Shown one piece after another: positions 61,787 to 64,000 of a stretch of 64,000 nt of DNA. Below the pieces are notes generated by a model. That model ran no database searches, was not told where the DNA came from, and saw only the letters and a program-made list of their open reading frames with translations. Each line of letters starts with the position of its first letter. Position 1 is the first letter of the stretch. Made by a program: the position numbers and the translations under genes. The stretch is from Mobula hypostoma (Eukaryota), in contig NC_086097.1 in assembly GCF_963921235.1 (NCBI RefSeq), positions 249,986,001-250,050,000 on the forward strand, read 5' to 3'.

Positions 61787-62357
61787 TGTCAATGAAGTAG
61801 GTTACAAAACTCGCTACGCAACTCGTAATTAATCAAAACTTAAACCTTATTGTCTTTCAACAAACAACAACATAAAATATGTTGACCCCGGGCCAGCAAT
61901 TTAGAACGTGAATTCCACTGTTTCCTTTGTACCAATACTCAGACCATTTCTCCAATTTATAACACTGAAATAGGGGATCTCTGTTGGCCAGACAATTGAT
62001 CCTTTCTTCGCCCAGCCCCTGGCATGGGGGTTCTTCCTCGTAATGGTGATTCTCTGGAAGGAGATATCTCTGATTGCACAATTGAAGTGTCCACTCTTAT
62101 GTTCATTCCTTATCAATTCAATTCAAATGTAACATTCCAGTGTCATTGGATATACGTCACCTGATTGACCCTTAAAATCTTTTTATTGGCTCTGGTCCAC
62201 GGCTACAACCCACATTGTTCTATGGTTTCTGCCCCCCAGCCTTGTGCCTTTGTTCTTATCAACTCTGATTGGTCCAAACCAGTCGAACTAGGCGACTTAG
62301 TCTAACTGAGTCTAACGAGATTACAGATTGCTTCTTCGGTAGGTCTGGCACTTTTCA
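61787..62357 (-). mobile_element. Solo LTR candidate (571 bp)
   Basis: TG...CA ends with 4-bp TSD taat; minus-strand CCAAT boxes (~62270, ~62187) upstream of TATAAA (61956-61961). Confidence 0.45.
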
Positions 62358-62379
62358 TAATAAATAGCTACTCATCTGA

Positions 62380-63137
62380 GGCTACGTCCACACTAGACCG
62401 GATAAATCCATAACCAAAGCTTTTTCCACACTGAAACACCGTTTTCCTCCCCCGAAAATGGAGCTTTACTAAAACATTCTCCAGAGTGTTTAAATCTGAA
62501 ATGCCGGTTGGGTGTTGTAGTGTGTACGGGATAACCGGAGGTTTTAAAAAACCTGTCATCCTTTCATCGGTGAAGAGACTATGGCTGTAGGAAATGTTTC
62601 CAGGGTGACCCCTCTGTGGGAGTGGGGAAGACGTTGGTGGGGCCACCCGGGGGTCTGGGGGTCTGTGTGTCCGTATGTGTAGCTGTTGTAGTGGCTGTGA
62701 GGCTGGTATTGTAGCGGTGAAAAGTTCTGAGGGGGAGCCATCATATTCCTCATCATTGCAAATTCCTCTGCAACAGAGTTAGCCAGTTTTTCAATGTTCG
62801 TCGTCAGCCGTGAACTCCCTGTCGGTTGCCTCCATACACTCCAGTATTTGTTTTTTTAGTTTTAAGTCCTGCGCGAGAGCCAACAGCTGTTCGTCGTTTG
62901 GCAACTTCCTTTGAAGTTTTTCTAGTCTGTAACTGGACAAACGCGCAGCAAGTATACCGTTCCCTCTTCGCTTGTTTTCTGTAGATGTGTCCTACGCATG
63001 CCCAGTAGGAGGAGATTCGCCCAAATACCCGTTTTGATGTGGACGGAGGTATTTTCAAAAATGCCTGGTGTAGATGCCTATCGTTTTTACACGAAACTGG
63101 CGTTTTCAAAATTATCCGGTCTAGTGTGGACTTAGCC
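62380..63137. mobile_element. PIF/Harbinger-like non-autonomous element
   Basis: 26-bp TIRs ggcta(c/a)gtccacactagaccggataa with one mismatch; 3-bp flanks tga / tgg. Confidence 0.7.
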
Positions 63138-63446
63138 TGGAATAGTCTCAGGTTTTGCAGGTCGTTACCTGAAGATCCTTGTGTTCACATTCAATTGCTC
63201 TGATTAGATTATCCCAGAGCAAGAATCAATTTAGTGTCTGCAAGGTGGTGGGGGGAGGGGTGGTAAAGCTGCAAGTACAATCTCCCAAGCCACTGTCCTT
63301 GACCCATTAGAATTTGACGTTTTCTTCCATATTTTAAATCCTTCATGGCCAACAGGTAGCAGTTGAAAAAATTCACATATCCTTCAAGCAATTTTTCAAA
63401 TACATATGTACTAATTTTAAAACCATATGGACCAAAACAAATAATA

Positions 63447-63803
63447 CGCACCTCTCCCATTCCACGCACATCTGCTCTCACCCCATCCTCCTGCCACCCC
63501 ACTAGGAATAGGGTTCCCCTTGTCCTAGCCTACCAGCCTCCGGGTCCAACATATAATTCTCCGTAACTTCTGCCACCTCCAACGGGATCCCACCACTAAG
63601 CACATCTTTCCCTCCCCACCTTTCTGCTTTCTGCAGGGATCACTCCCTATGCGACTCCCTTGTCCATTCGTACCCCCCATCCCTTCCCACCGATCTCCCT
63701 CCCGGCTCTTATCCTTGTAAGCGGAAGAAGTGCTACACATTCCTTTACACTTCCTCCCTCACGACCATTCAGAGCCCCAGACAGTCCTTCCAGGTGAGGC
63801 GAC
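63447..63803 (+). mobile_element. Penelope-like fragment, interrupted by CR1
   Basis: Collinear with 3705-3935. Confidence 0.7.
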
Positions 63804-64000
63804 AAGATAATAAGAGGAATAGATAGAGTGGATAGCCAGCGCCTCTTCCCCAGGGCATCACTGCTCAATACAAGAGGACATGGCTTTAAGGTAAGGGGTG
63901 GAAAGTTGAAGGGGGATATTAGAGGAAGGTTTTTTACTCAGAGAGTGGTTGGTGTGTGGAATGCACTGCCTGAGTCAGTGGTGGAGGCAGATACACTAGT
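63803..64000 (+). mobile_element. CR1-type LINE 3' fragment, same young subfamily as 4483-6626 (runs off window)
   Basis: Near-identical to 6294-6490. Confidence 0.9.

Noticed and set aside
614..63868. The many short ORFs in the six-frame track as independent genes
   Set aside because: They are TE fragments, antisense frames of TEs, read-through of TAF2 exons into introns, or chance ORFs; many start at non-ATG codons.
1..64000. CRISPR arrays, rRNA, operons or intronic snoRNAs
   Set aside because: No regularly spaced repeats or rRNA-like sequence; I could not recognise a snoRNA by eye (an Infernal/Rfam scan would be decisive).

Overview
Eukaryotic (vertebrate) DNA, not prokaryotic. The window lies inside one + strand gene, TAF2 (TFIID subunit 2). 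I traced 17 consecutive coding exons (equivalent to exons 2-18, 7931-61662, 2281 nt spliced) that join into one stop-free reading frame. Exon 1 and the 3' exons lie outside the window. Two introns look like minor-spliceosome (U12) introns: the intron before the first visible exon ends in AC, and intron 52365-53461 has a GTATCCTTT donor and a TCCTTAAT branch site. The introns are packed with decayed and nested transposable elements: CR1, Rex1/Babar, L1/Tx1 and RTE LINEs, V-SINE-like SINEs, Tc1, hAT, Harbinger-like and pogo-like MITEs, and solo LTR candidates. The repeat mix suggests a cartilaginous fish such as a ray (inference). Best observations: (1) an internally deleted Helitron with both termini, nested in a Tc1-like element that is itself inside a LINE tail; (2) three Penelope-like fold-back insertions with target-site duplications, a shared truncation point and minimal hammerhead-ribozyme motifs; (3) the two U12-type introns. 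These belong to known classes, and I found no convincing wholly new system. All family calls come from recalled motifs, not database searches. Exon numbers follow human TAF2 from memory, and most TE boundaries are approximate.
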